Numbered from the stretch's first letter, positions 9,869-18,819 are shown. The stretch: 32,000 nucleotides of DNA from Phycisphaera mikurensis NBRC 102666 (GCF_000284115.1 NC_017080.1:630001-662000); one strand, 5' to 3'. Numbers and translations are program-made. Notes: generated from the letters alone by a model not told the origin.

Positions 9869-11734
9869 TCAGCCCGCCGCCCGCAGCCGCGCCCGCAGGT
9901 CGGCCAGCAGCCGGCGGACCGGGACCGGCTCGCCGCCGCCGGCCACCGGCACCGCGGCGTCGGCCTCGGCCTGCGAACGCACGCGCTTGTCGGCGGTGAT
10001 GACGCCCGAGTGGCTGGGACGGCCCATCGCACGGGCGATCTCGGGGTAGCTCATCGCGGTCAGCTCGCGGGCGAGGTGGGCGACCAGGGCCCGGGCCTGC
10101 ACGACGACGCGGCTGCGGCCGGCGCCCAACGCCTCGCGGGGCTCCACCCCGAGGGCCTCGCCGACGATCTCCGCGATCGTGGCGACGCCGGCGGGGCCGG
10201 GGTTGAGCCGGCGCGGCGGCGGGCCGGGCCGCTCCAGGCGGCGGAGCCGCTCGACCAGGGCGGCGCCGACGGGGCGGCCCGGAGCGCCCGCCGGGGCCGC
10301 GCCCGCGGCGGCCGTCCGGCCCGGCGGCGGCGCCATCGCCTTGAGCCGGCCGCCGGGCCCCAGCCGGTCGAGCACGTCGAGCTTCGCGAGCAGGCCCTCG
10401 ATCTCGCGGACGCCGGGGCCGGCGAGCGGCTCGAGCGCGGCGGCGGCGTCCGCGTCGATCCGCAGCCCCCGGCGGGCGCCCAGCTCGGCGATGAGCGTCC
10501 GCCGCATCGCGGGCGCCGGCGCCTCGAGCTCGGCGACCAGGCCCTGCAGGCAGCGGCTGGACAGCGGCGTGCCCATCTCCTGCAGCTGCCGGGGGTGCCG
10601 GTCGGAGGCGAAGACGACCGGGACCCCGGCGGAGAGCGCCGCGTCGAAGCAGTGCAGCAGCTCGTGCTGGGTCTTCTGCTTCCCGGCGATGAAATGCACG
10701 TCGTCGACGGCGAGCAGGTGGCAGCCGCGGAACTCGCGGCGGAAGGCCGCGAGCGTGCCGCGGCGGGCGTGCTCGATGAAGCGGTTGGTGAAGCGTTCGC
10801 CGGTGGTGTGAACGACGCGGGAGCCGGGGCAGCGCTCCCGCCAGGCGGCGACGAGGCCGGTGACCAGGTGCGTCTTGCCGGTGCCGCAGGGCCCGTGCAC
10901 GAAGAGCGGGCCGTCGTGGTCGCCGGAGGCGAGGGCGGAGGCCGCCGCGAAGCCGAGCTCGTTGCAGGGGCCGGTGACGAAGTTGCCGAAGCGCTGCCCC
11001 GGGGTTGCGGAGCCGCCGCGCCGCCGGGTCGCTCCGCCCCCCGCGCGCCCGGTGCGGGCACCCCCGCCGCGGGCCGGCCGGCGGCCGGGGGTCCCCGCCG
11101 GCGCGGCTGGCGCGGCCGGCCGGCCCGCGGAAACCCCTTCCGCCGCGCCGCCGCCGGCTTCCGCCGCCGCGTCGGTGGGCGAGGGCCCGACGACCAGCCG
11201 CAGGTGCGGGTGCGGGCCGCGGCCCGCACCCGGCGCGCCGGCCGCCGCGGGATCGCACCCCGGGCCCGCCGCCGGCTGCGTCTCCGCGTCGGCCGCGCAG
11301 GAGGGCAGGCCCGCGCCGGCGGCGGCCTCGGAGAGCGCGTGCGCGAGGCCGCCCTGGCGGAGGCGATCGGCGGCGAAGCGGTGCGGCACCGCGAGCGTGA
11401 GCGCCCCGGTTTCGGGATCGAGCCCCAGGCCGCGGCCCCCGTCGATCCAGAGGCTGACCCGGCCCACGCCGAAGCGAGCCTCCAGCGGCCCGAGCAGCCG
11501 CTCCCGCAGGTCCGGCGTGAGCGCCGGCGGCCCGTTCCCGGTGCCCGCCGCCCGCCCGCCGGCGTCGGCCAGCCGCGGTCCCGCGGGCGCGGTTTTCCCC
11601 GGCAGGCCGGCGGCGGGTTCGTCCGGGAGGGGGGGAAGGGAGGGGAGGGCGCTCACGCTCGGGATCTTCAGGCGGCTGCGGACCCCGGGGCGGCGGGTGC
11701 CGGTGGGGTGCGTGGGGGGTGCGATCCGTCGCAT
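9869..11734 (-). CDS. dnaA: Chromosomal replication initiator protein DnaA (divergent domain IV)
   Basis: FVHGPCGTGKTHLVTGL (Walker A), LLAVDDVHFIAGKQKTQHELLHCFDAAL (Walker B region), SDRHPRQLQEM, C-terminal ELTAMSYPEIARAMGRPSHSGVITADKRV. Start codon uncertain. Confidence 0.88.
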   Translation of the reverse strand: MRRIAPPTHPTGTRRPGVRSRLKIPSVSALPSLPPLPDEPAAGLPGKTAPAGPRLADAGGRAAGTGNGPPALTPDLRERLLGPLEARFGVGRVSLWIDGGRGLGLDPETGALTLAVPHRFAADRLRQGGLAHALSEAAAGAGLPSCAADAETQPAAGPGCDPAAAGAPGAGRGPHPHLRLVVGPSPTDAAAEAGGGAAEGVSAGRPAAPAAPAGTPGRRPARGGGARTGRAGGGATRRRGGSATPGQRFGNFVTGPCNELGFAAASALASGDHDGPLFVHGPCGTGKTHLVTGLVAAWRERCPGSRVVHTTGERFTNRFIEHARRGTLAAFRREFRGCHLLAVDDVHFIAGKQKTQHELLHCFDAALSAGVPVVFASDRHPRQLQEMGTPLSSRCLQGLVAELEAPAPAMRRTLIAELGARRGLRIDADAAAALEPLAGPGVREIEGLLAKLDVLDRLGPGGRLKAMAPPPGRTAAAGAAPAGAPGRPVGAALVERLRRLERPGPPPRRLNPGPAGVATIAEIVGEALGVEPREALGAGRSRVVVQARALVAHLARELTAMSYPEIARAMGRPSHSGVITADKRVRSQAEADAAVPVAGGGEPVPVRRLLADLRARLRAAG

Positions 11735-12305
11735 CCGTCTGATTCGGCGCTTCTTAGCGCTTCTTGGGGCGTCGCGGAGAGGCTTCGCGTTGGAGCTTCG
11801 CGCTGGGCCCGGCGTGGGGTGCGGCCTTCCGGCGTGGGCGCTGAGGCGTGAGGCTCGGGCTGGAGGCGCTGGCGTGGCCCGTTGGCGTGGCACCCGGGGT
11901 GCGTCGCGGCCTGTTCGGGGCCTGCGGCGTTCCGCCGGGAGGCCTCCCCGCCCGCCGCCTCCCGGGGGGGAGGCGGCCCGGGCGGGGCCCGGTGGCCGCC
12001 GCCCGGGAGCCCCCAAGCGGGGCCGGAGCGGCCGGTGGGCCGGGCCGACCGGGGCCGCCTCGGCGGCTCCGGCTGCCCCCCGCTCGGCGGACCCGCGGGG
12101 CGGGCTCCGGCGGCGGGGAGCGGCAGACACCACCCGTCCCTGGGCGGCCGGGCCCAGCCTAAATCCCCGCCGACCGCCGCGCACCCCGTCCGCCCCCGTC
12201 CCCGGTTCCGCCGGCGGGCCCGGGGGCGGAGGATCCGCCCTCAGCGTGCTTTGTGGACGCTCAAATTCTTTTCGCCGCCCCTTCTTTCCACCGCCCGCCC
12301 CGGCC

Positions 12306-12323
12306 CGTGGACAATGTGGACAA
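12306..12323 (-). promoter_or_regulatory. Two abutting DnaA-box-like 9-mers, CGTGGACAA and TGTGGACAA, plus a weaker TGTGGACGC at 12252-12260
   Basis: TGTGGACAA is the reverse complement of TTGTCCACA, a known high-GC variant of the DnaA box. Located upstream of dnaA. Confidence 0.4.
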
Positions 12324-12367
12324 GGCCCGCCACCGCCGCGCCCGCACCCCCCCCCCCGCGGCCGCCC

Positions 12368-13396
12368 TCAGGCGGCCCCCTCGGCCCCGAGCGGGCGGAA
12401 ACGCGCCATCGCCAGCCGCCGCTGCACGCTGCGGAAACCCGCCGAGCGGTACACCCGCAACGCCGGCCGGTTCGCGGCATCCGCCGCGAGCACCACGCGC
12501 TCCGCTCCCGACCGCGCCGCCTCCGCCTGCGCGCGGCGGAGCAGCAGCCGGCCGATGCCCCGCCCCCGGGCCCGCGGAGCGACGCCCAGGTAGACGACCT
12601 CCAGCGTCGGCTCCTGCGGGAGCCGCGCGAGCAGCAGCACCGCGACCGGCCCCGCCGGGTCGCTCCACACCCGCCACCGCCGGGCCGCGAAGGCTCCGGG
12701 GCCGCCGGCGCCGCGGTGGCCCTCGATCACCTCCTCGATCGGCCGCCGGCCGATGAGGCCCGGGCAGTCCAGCGTGCCCGCGTAGCTGCACTCGATCGCC
12801 GCGGCGAAGCGGCCGCTCGCCGCGGGGCTCCAAGGCTGCTCCTGCACCCATCCCGCCCCGACCCCGGGCAGCGGGTCCTCGCGTGCGGGCTCGGCGGCAC
12901 CCTCGAGGTAGACGAGCGTCGCCAGCGTCTCGAAGCCGGCCCCGGCCAGCGCCGCCCGCTCCGCGTCGCGCTCGGGCTCGGGCAGCGCCTGCGCCACCCG
13001 CACGCCGCCGAGGCCGCCGACCAGGTCGTCGAGCATCCGCGCCACCGGGCCGGCGTCCGGGCCGCGCATCGGGCTTACGAGCACCATGGCGGCCCGCCCG
13101 GGGCCCGCCAGCGCGGCCACGGCCAGGGGCCGGCCGTCGGCCGCGTCGGCGGTGCGGAGGGAAACCGCCAGCCGCTGCCCCTCCGCGTACGCGAGGAAGC
13201 GCTCCGCCGCGGACCGGCTCTCCCGGTCGCGTCCGGCCCGCCCGAGCAGCAGCACCGCCGCCGCGCGGCGGCGCTCACGCTCGGTGCGGGGGCTCCGGCT
13301 GCCGGGGGCGGGGGAGGCTTCCAAGTCGGGCGGTGCGGTGCGGTGCGGCGGGCCGGCGGGGCGGGCTCGCGTGGGCCCGCGCGGCCCACCCGGCAC
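12368..13396 (-). CDS. GNAT family N-acetyltransferase
   Basis: C-terminal LEVVYLGVAPRARGRGIGRLLLRRAQAEAARSGAERVVLAADAANRPALRVYRSAGF is the classic GNAT motif A/B arrangement. The N-terminus may begin further downstream. Confidence 0.88.
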   Translation of the reverse strand: MPGGPRGPTRARPAGPPHRTAPPDLEASPAPGSRSPRTERERRRAAAVLLLGRAGRDRESRSAAERFLAYAEGQRLAVSLRTADAADGRPLAVAALAGPGRAAMVLVSPMRGPDAGPVARMLDDLVGGLGGVRVAQALPEPERDAERAALAGAGFETLATLVYLEGAAEPAREDPLPGVGAGWVQEQPWSPAASGRFAAAIECSYAGTLDCPGLIGRRPIEEVIEGHRGAGGPGAFAARRWRVWSDPAGPVAVLLLARLPQEPTLEVVYLGVAPRARGRGIGRLLLRRAQAEAARSGAERVVLAADAANRPALRVYRSAGFRSVQRRLAMARFRPLGAEGAA

Positions 13397-13464
13397 CGCG
13401 GGATCGTACGATCCCCCCGCGAGTCCCGGCCGCGACGCGGCGCTTCCCCCCGTGAGTCCCGATC

Positions 13465-14256
13465 ATGGTCCCAGTCCTTCCCCCGACCCACCTCACGGCC
13501 CCGTCCGCCCGCCGCCGCGCCCGGTTCCGCCGCGGGCGGCCCGCCGCGGGGGCGGCCGCGGCGCTGGCGGGGCTGCTGCTGGCCGCGGCGGCGGGGTCGC
13601 CGCCGGCGGCCGCCCAGGGCGCGGCCGCCGATTCGTCCTACCCGCGGCCCTCGCTCGCGGGCGACGCCTGGCAGCTGGCGATGACGGCCCGCAACCCCGA
13701 GGTCATCTCCGTCCGCGGGCTCTCCGGCGAGCCGCGTTGGTACTGGTTCCTGCCCTACGCCGTGCTCAACGACACCGGCGAGGACCGGCTCTTCGTGCCC
13801 GAGGTCACCGTGGTTACCGACGGGGGCGAGCTGATCGAGGCCGGCCGCGGCGTGCCCGCCAGCGTCTTCGCCGCGATCGCCGAGCGTGTCGGCAACCCCT
13901 ACCTCGAGAACCCCGAGGCGGTGATCGGGCCCATCCGCCAAGGCGAGGACTTCGTGAAGGAGTCCGTCGCGATCTGGCCCGTGCCCGCCGCCGACGTCGA
14001 CCGGATGACGATCTTCTTCGCCGGCCTCTCCGGCGAGACCCGCGAGGCCGTCTCGCCGGTGACCGGGGAGGTGGTGACCGAGCTGGTCATCGACCCCGCG
14101 ACCGGGCGGCCCGCGCTCGGCCCCGACGGCCAGCCCCGCACCCAGCCGGTGCTGCTGCGCCGCACCGAGGTGCTCGAGTACCTGACCCCCGGCACGCCCC
14201 GCTCCCCCGACCGCCTGCCGACCATCCTCTTGGATCGCTCGACCGTCCTGCGTTGA
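13465..14256 (+). CDS. Hypothetical exported protein
   Basis: Signal-peptide-like N-terminus, then WQLAMTARNPEVISVRGLSGEPRWYWFLPYAVLNDTGEDRLFVPEVTVVTDGG...; no family recognised. Confidence 0.7.
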   Translation: MVPVLPPTHLTAPSARRRARFRRGRPAAGAAAALAGLLLAAAAGSPPAAAQGAAADSSYPRPSLAGDAWQLAMTARNPEVISVRGLSGEPRWYWFLPYAVLNDTGEDRLFVPEVTVVTDGGELIEAGRGVPASVFAAIAERVGNPYLENPEAVIGPIRQGEDFVKESVAIWPVPAADVDRMTIFFAGLSGETREAVSPVTGEVVTELVIDPATGRPALGPDGQPRTQPVLLRRTEVLEYLTPGTPRSPDRLPTILLDRSTVLR

Positions 14257-14380
14257 TCCGCCGCGGCCGATCGGGCAGCCACAGGCGTAGCCCGCGTGCG
14301 GAACGCGCGAGAACGCGTCGCCGAGCGAGCGCTCTGCCCGCGGGCCGCAGGCCGCCACGACCGGCCGCACCGCGACGCGT

Positions 14381-15652
14381 TCACTCCGCCGCGGGCGGAG
14401 CCGGGTACCGGCGTCCCTTCCACAGGTTTCCGCCGAAAGTGCAACGCCAGGCGCTCGCGGCGAGGATCGCGAGGTACGCGGCGCTCCCCGCCGGCACCGA
14501 CAGCGCCCACCACCACCGCAGCCCGCACAGCCGCCGCGCCGCGTCCGCCGACGCCGCCTGCAGCGCCAGCGCCAGCATCGCGACCCCCGCCGCCACCCAC
14601 GCGGCCGCGCCGCCGCCCGAGCCGGCCAGCGCCAGCGCCGCCGGCAGGTACGCCGCCGGCCCGACGTTGCACACGAGCGTCGCGGCCCCCAGCCCCGCCG
14701 CCACGAGCGGCCGGCGGTCCAGCCCCGGGTAGGCGTTCTTGGTCAGGCCCTCCCACTGGTCCGCCCAGCCGTCGTACATCCGGCACCACAGGCGCTCGCC
14801 CGCGACGGCCACCGCCATCCGGCCGCCGGCCGCCTTGAGCGCCTGCCCCAGCTTCAGGTCCTCCACCACCTCCCCCCGCACCGCGGCGTGCCCGCCCGCC
14901 GCCGCGTACAGCCGCCGCCGCACCAGGATGAAGGCCCCGCCGGTGAGGGCCTCGGGCCGCCCGGGGTCCACCGCCTTCTTCAGCGGGAGCATCACCGAGA
15001 GCGCCACCACCAGCTGCAGCTGCACCAGCCGCTCGCCGAAGCCGCCGAACACCAGCCGCGGCACCAGCGCCAGCACGTCCGCCCCCCGCGCCTCCGCGTG
15101 CGCCGCCGCCGCCCGCACCAGGTCCGGCGCGTGGTGGATGTCCGCGTCGGTGAACAGCAGCCAGTCCCCGCCGCTGCCCCCGGGGTCCGCCGGCGCCGCG
15201 TCCTCCACCGGGCCGTCGGCCAGGAGCCCCGCCGCCGCGAGCCCCCGCTGGATCGCCCAGCACTTGCCCACCCACCCCCGCGGCGGCTCCTGCTCGTTGC
15301 GGACCGGCAGCAGCCGATCGCCGAAGGCCGCCGCGAGGCCGGCCACCGCCTCCGGCGTCGCGTCCGAGCTCGCGTCGTCGACGAAGACCACCCGGTGGGG
15401 GCGTCGCGTGTCCTGCGCCAGCAGCTCCTGGAGGGTCTGCGGCAGGTGATCGGCTTCGTCACGCCCCGGCACCACCACCGTGACGCCCGCCAGCGGACCC
15501 ACCGGCTCCGCCGTGGGTTCGTCCAGCGGGTGATCCAGCACGGCCCCGGCTCCGCTGACCAACGCCACCCACCCCCACGCCAGCGTCGCCGCCGCCGCGC
15601 CCGCGAGCAGCGCCCACGCCAGCAACGCGGTCAATCCTGCGTCCAGATCCAC
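14381..15652 (-). CDS. Family 2 glycosyltransferase with C-terminal membrane helices (HpnB/CrtQ-like)
   Basis: VTVVVPGRDEADHLPQTLQELL, VVFVDDASSDATPE, WLLFTDADIHH, VVEDLKLGQALKAAGGR, multiple C-terminal TM segments. GTG start assumed at 15652. Confidence 0.87.
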   Translation of the reverse strand: MDLDAGLTALLAWALLAGAAAATLAWGWVALVSGAGAVLDHPLDEPTAEPVGPLAGVTVVVPGRDEADHLPQTLQELLAQDTRRPHRVVFVDDASSDATPEAVAGLAAAFGDRLLPVRNEQEPPRGWVGKCWAIQRGLAAAGLLADGPVEDAAPADPGGSGGDWLLFTDADIHHAPDLVRAAAAHAEARGADVLALVPRLVFGGFGERLVQLQLVVALSVMLPLKKAVDPGRPEALTGGAFILVRRRLYAAAGGHAAVRGEVVEDLKLGQALKAAGGRMAVAVAGERLWCRMYDGWADQWEGLTKNAYPGLDRRPLVAAGLGAATLVCNVGPAAYLPAALALAGSGGGAAAWVAAGVAMLALALQAASADAARRLCGLRWWWALSVPAGSAAYLAILAASAWRCTFGGNLWKGRRYPAPPAAE

Positions 15653-15870
15653 GCGAGCCGGTAGCTCCCGCTCTCGTCGGTCAGCACCTCGTCGTCGACG
15701 CGATCGATCACGCCGAACAGCCGTCCGCCCTCGCGCTCGTCCAGCCCGATCGTGTCCCCCCGCTCGTACGCCGCACCGCCCGCCTTGGGGTCGGCCCGGT
15801 AGCGCCGGTCGTCGCAGGCCGGCGGCGTCGCCGGGTCGTCGTACAGCCGGAGGGTGATCTGCTCCTTCAT
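15631..15870 (-). CDS. Small hypothetical protein (79 aa)
   Basis: MKEQITLRLYDDPATPPACDDRRYRADPKAGGAAYERGDTIGLDEREGGRLFGVIDRVDDEVLTDESGSYRLAWIWTQD; protein-like composition; overlaps the glycosyltransferase start by about 22 bp. Confidence 0.5.
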   Translation of the reverse strand: MKEQITLRLYDDPATPPACDDRRYRADPKAGGAAYERGDTIGLDEREGGRLFGVIDRVDDEVLTDESGSYRLAWIWTQD

Positions 15871-15918
15871 GCACCGAGGGTACGCGCGGCTTCCTCCCGC
15901 TCCGGTAGCTTTGCCCCG

Positions 15919-16758
15919 ATGCCGCAGACCTCCTCCCTGTTCGACCTCTCCGGACGCGTGGCCCTGGTCTCCGGGGGCACCTCGGGCATCGGCCTCGCCA
16001 TCGCCGAGGCCTTCGTCGACCACGGCGCCAAGGTCGTCGTCGGTTCCCGCACCGCCGACAAGGTGAAGGAAGCCGTCGACCGCCTCAACGATCGCGTCGC
16101 CGAGTCGGCCGCGGGGGCCGTGCTCGACGTGCAGAGCGAAGACTCCGTGCGGGGTGCCTTCGACCACGGGGTCCGCCGCTTCGGCACCGTCAACGATGCG
16201 GTCCACTCCGCCGGCGTGATGCACAAAGCCGATTCCGCCGAGCTCGAGGCCGAGCCCTTCAACCGGCTCTACGACATCCACGTCACCGGCGGCCTGCGGC
16301 TCGCCAAGGCCCTGGCGGCGCACCTCGCCTCCTCCGGGGCCAGCCAGCCCGACGCCGCCGCCCCCGTGGAGCCCGCGGGCTCGTTCACCTTCATCGCCTC
16401 GATCACCAGCTTCGCGGCGCTCTCCGGCGTCACCGCCTACGCCGCCGCGAAGAGCGCCCAGATGGGCCTCATCCGCAACCTCTCCACCGACTTCGGCGCC
16501 CGCGGCATCCGCGTCAACGGCATCGCGCCGGGCTTCGTGCCCACCGACTTGAACCGCAAGATGATCACGGGCACCGACCGCGGCCGCCGCATCCTCGAGC
16601 GGACCCCGATGGCGCGCTTCGGCACCGCCGACGAGATCGCCGGCGCCGCCGTCTATCTGGCCGCGCCCGCCGGTGCCTTCGTCAACGGCCACACGATCGT
16701 GGTCGACGGCGGCTTCCTGGCCTGCGGGCTCGGCGACGCCGTCGCGCCCTGGAGCTGA
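15919..16758 (+). CDS. SDR family NAD(P)-dependent oxidoreductase
   Basis: VALVSGGTSGIGLAIAEAF (TGxxxGIG-type), NDAVHSAG, YAAAKSAQMGLIRNLSTDFGARGIRVNGIAPGFVPTDL. Confidence 0.93.
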   Translation: MPQTSSLFDLSGRVALVSGGTSGIGLAIAEAFVDHGAKVVVGSRTADKVKEAVDRLNDRVAESAAGAVLDVQSEDSVRGAFDHGVRRFGTVNDAVHSAGVMHKADSAELEAEPFNRLYDIHVTGGLRLAKALAAHLASSGASQPDAAAPVEPAGSFTFIASITSFAALSGVTAYAAAKSAQMGLIRNLSTDFGARGIRVNGIAPGFVPTDLNRKMITGTDRGRRILERTPMARFGTADEIAGAAVYLAAPAGAFVNGHTIVVDGGFLACGLGDAVAPWS

Positions 16759-16887
16759 CCCCACCCCCGCTGCGCAGGTGGCCGACCTGCCACGCGGAGA
16801 CGCCGGCGCTCGCCGTCGCTTGGTGCGTTGACGGGCCCGATCGTCCTCCCGCAGCCGCGGCGCGGCGGCAAGGGGGATCGCGACGGG

Positions 16888-17130
16888 TCACGCGCCGCGC
16901 CCGGTCTTCTCCTGGAGGGCGTCGATCCGCTTGCTGGCCTCGGCTTTGGTCAGCTCCGCGTCGTATCCGTCCTCCTCACCGGCGCCGGCTTCCTCGCTGA
17001 GGGTCTTCAGGTAGGAGGCCTGGGCACCGGTCATCTTCTCGTCGCCCGTGGTCCAGTTGTCCGGGTCTTTCTGCGCGTTGCTGACGGGGTCGCTCTTGGG
17101 GGTCGTGGCGTCGGGGGTTTCGCTGCTCAT
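16888..17130 (-). CDS. DUF3072-like small protein (80 aa)
   Basis: DPDNWTTGDEKMTGAQASYLKTLSEEAG...DAELTKAEASKRIDALQ matches the remembered DUF3072 pattern. Confidence 0.8.
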   Translation of the reverse strand: MSSETPDATTPKSDPVSNAQKDPDNWTTGDEKMTGAQASYLKTLSEEAGAGEEDGYDAELTKAEASKRIDALQEKTGRGA

Positions 17131-17324
17131 CGTTTGTCTTCGGTGGAAATCTCGCGGGTACGAACGCAGTCCTCGGCGGATCGGGCGACGGGCTCTCTCG
17201 GCGGCGCTCCGCTCCAAACTTGCACCGAACACTAGGCGCCGCCCCCGGCGCCGTCCACCGGCCCGCAGGAGAGGGGATCGCCTCTAGCCCATTAAGAAGA
17301 TGAGCGACAATCTTCGAAAAAGGC

Positions 17325-17353
17325 TTGACATCGCGTTCCCGCTTTGGCAACAT
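17325..17353 (+). promoter_or_regulatory. Sigma70-like promoter candidate for prepilin-like gene 1
   Basis: TTGACA (17325-17330), 17-bp spacer, CAACAT (17348-17353). Mirrored at 18963-18991. Confidence 0.5.
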
Positions 17354-17359
17354 CCAAGG

Positions 17360-17811
17360 CCCCGCCGCGTTTCGCGTACCGGGCTCCGCTGGCACCCCTT
17401 TCCGGGGGCGTCGAGTCGCCAGAGTTTCTTCAGAATCTCGGATCTCTTCAAGCGATTTTCGAATGACCCCACCGGGCGTTCCGGTGCCGGTCCCGTGAGT
17501 CTCTTGAGGTTCCGACGCCTGGAACAGGCAACCGGCTGCCGGCCGGGATCGATGCGATCTTCCCCCTCCGCGACAGGGCGGGGCGGTCCCGCCGAGATCC
17601 ACCCACCGGTGTCGCCCGCACAACCCGAGGACTTCCCTCGGCACCCACGTGCGACCCTGCCATTGTTCATTCCCATTTCCCGCCGCTCCACCCTCATGGG
17701 TGGCAGCTCTCCGGGATCCGTCACCGGCTTCGGCCGCAGCCGGATGGCCGTTCGCAGACGAGAATCCTCCTTTGGTTCACCTCTTTCTTGACCCCATCTG
17801 GAGTCTTTCTC
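17360..17811 (+). ncRNA. Long (~450 nt) conserved 5' leader, copy 1, candidate structured cis-regulatory RNA
   Basis: Collinear blocks shared with 18998-19449; hairpins at 17472-17486 (ACCGG/GCGTT/CCGGT core) and 17688-17703 (CCACCC-TCAT-GGGTGG). Confidence 0.5.
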
Positions 17812-18762
17812 ATGCGTTCCACCCCCAAGAACGACGCCCTCTCCACCCGCACCGGCGCGGGCTTCACGCTGATCGAGCTGCTCGTGGTGATCTCGATCAT
17901 CGCGCTGTTGATCGGCATCCTCCTGCCGGCGCTGGGTGCGGCCCGCCGCACCGCCCGCCAGATGCAGAACAGCACGCAGCTGCGTGGCATCCACCAGGGC
18001 ATGTTCACGTACGCCCAGAGCAACAAGACCGGCGGCCGCGACGGCTACTACCCCGGCCTCAACGCCCAGGGCAAGGTCATCGAGAGCGACCCGAGCACGG
18101 TGATCCCCGCCGCTCAGATCGCTGCCGTGAGCGACGTCGAGGGCTACGGCATCGCCGGTGACGCCATTCCGACCGCCGCGCAGATGAACGGCGGCACGCT
18201 CGGCAACGGCGGCTTCGTCACCCGCGCCTTCGCCGAGCTCGCCTCCGGCGACTTCATCCCCGCCGGCTCCGCCGGGTACTTCATCAACCCCGCCGACACC
18301 AGCAAGACGGAGTTCGTCGCCGGCGGCACCGGCGCCGAAGGCGAGTTCAACTCCACGAAGATCAGTTACACCCCGCTGGACATCTCGGCCACGGCCGACG
18401 GCGGCACCCTGTACGCGGCCGAGTGGAAGGAGACCATCAACACCGCCGCGATGATCCTCGCGGACCGGGCGGTCAACGACGGCGACACGCTGCCCGGCGG
18501 CACCGACGCCTCCAGCGTCTGGACCGACGAGGGCTCCGGCGAGTGGCGTGGCTCGATCGTCCGCGGCGACGGCTCCACCAGCTTCGAGGCGAGCCCGGTG
18601 GCGGCCGAGTCGGGCCTGAAGTTCGGCAAGCGGACCTTCGTCGACGGCACCGTCGACAACCTCTTCGCGGCCCGCGGCGACGCCACCCTCGCCAGCGGCC
18701 AGGTTCCCTCGGACTTCGGCGTCTTCTTCGACGAAGCCGCCACCGATCCCGAGAACTTCTGA
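17812..18762 (+). CDS. Prepilin-type N-terminal cleavage/methylation domain protein, copy 1
   Basis: GAGFTLIELLVVISIIALLIGILLPALGAARRTARQMQNSTQLRGIHQGMFTYAQ; start ATG in a context identical to copy 2 (CATCTGGAGTCTTTCTCATGCG). Confidence 0.92.
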   Translation: MRSTPKNDALSTRTGAGFTLIELLVVISIIALLIGILLPALGAARRTARQMQNSTQLRGIHQGMFTYAQSNKTGGRDGYYPGLNAQGKVIESDPSTVIPAAQIAAVSDVEGYGIAGDAIPTAAQMNGGTLGNGGFVTRAFAELASGDFIPAGSAGYFINPADTSKTEFVAGGTGAEGEFNSTKISYTPLDISATADGGTLYAAEWKETINTAAMILADRAVNDGDTLPGGTDASSVWTDEGSGEWRGSIVRGDGSTSFEASPVAAESGLKFGKRTFVDGTVDNLFAARGDATLASGQVPSDFGVFFDEAATDPENF

Positions 18763-18819
18763 TCGGCCGCATCGGAGCCGGCGACCGCTGCCCTCCGACA
18801 CCCGAGCGCCCATCCTTGA

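Noticed and set aside
12347-12357. C11 homopolymer downstream of the GNAT gene
   Set aside because: Non-coding and in a GC-rich region; no phase-variation logic could be supported.
17788-17811. Upstream in-frame start for prepilin-like gene 1 (MTPSGVFL...)
   Set aside because: Would include the Shine-Dalgarno-like CTGGAG; the ATG at 17812 has proper spacing and the same arrangement in copy 2.
17360-17811. Known riboswitch (cobalamin, c-di-GMP-I, Moco) in the prepilin leaders
   Set aside because: The hallmark conserved sequences I remember for these classes are not present; a covariance-model scan would be decisive.
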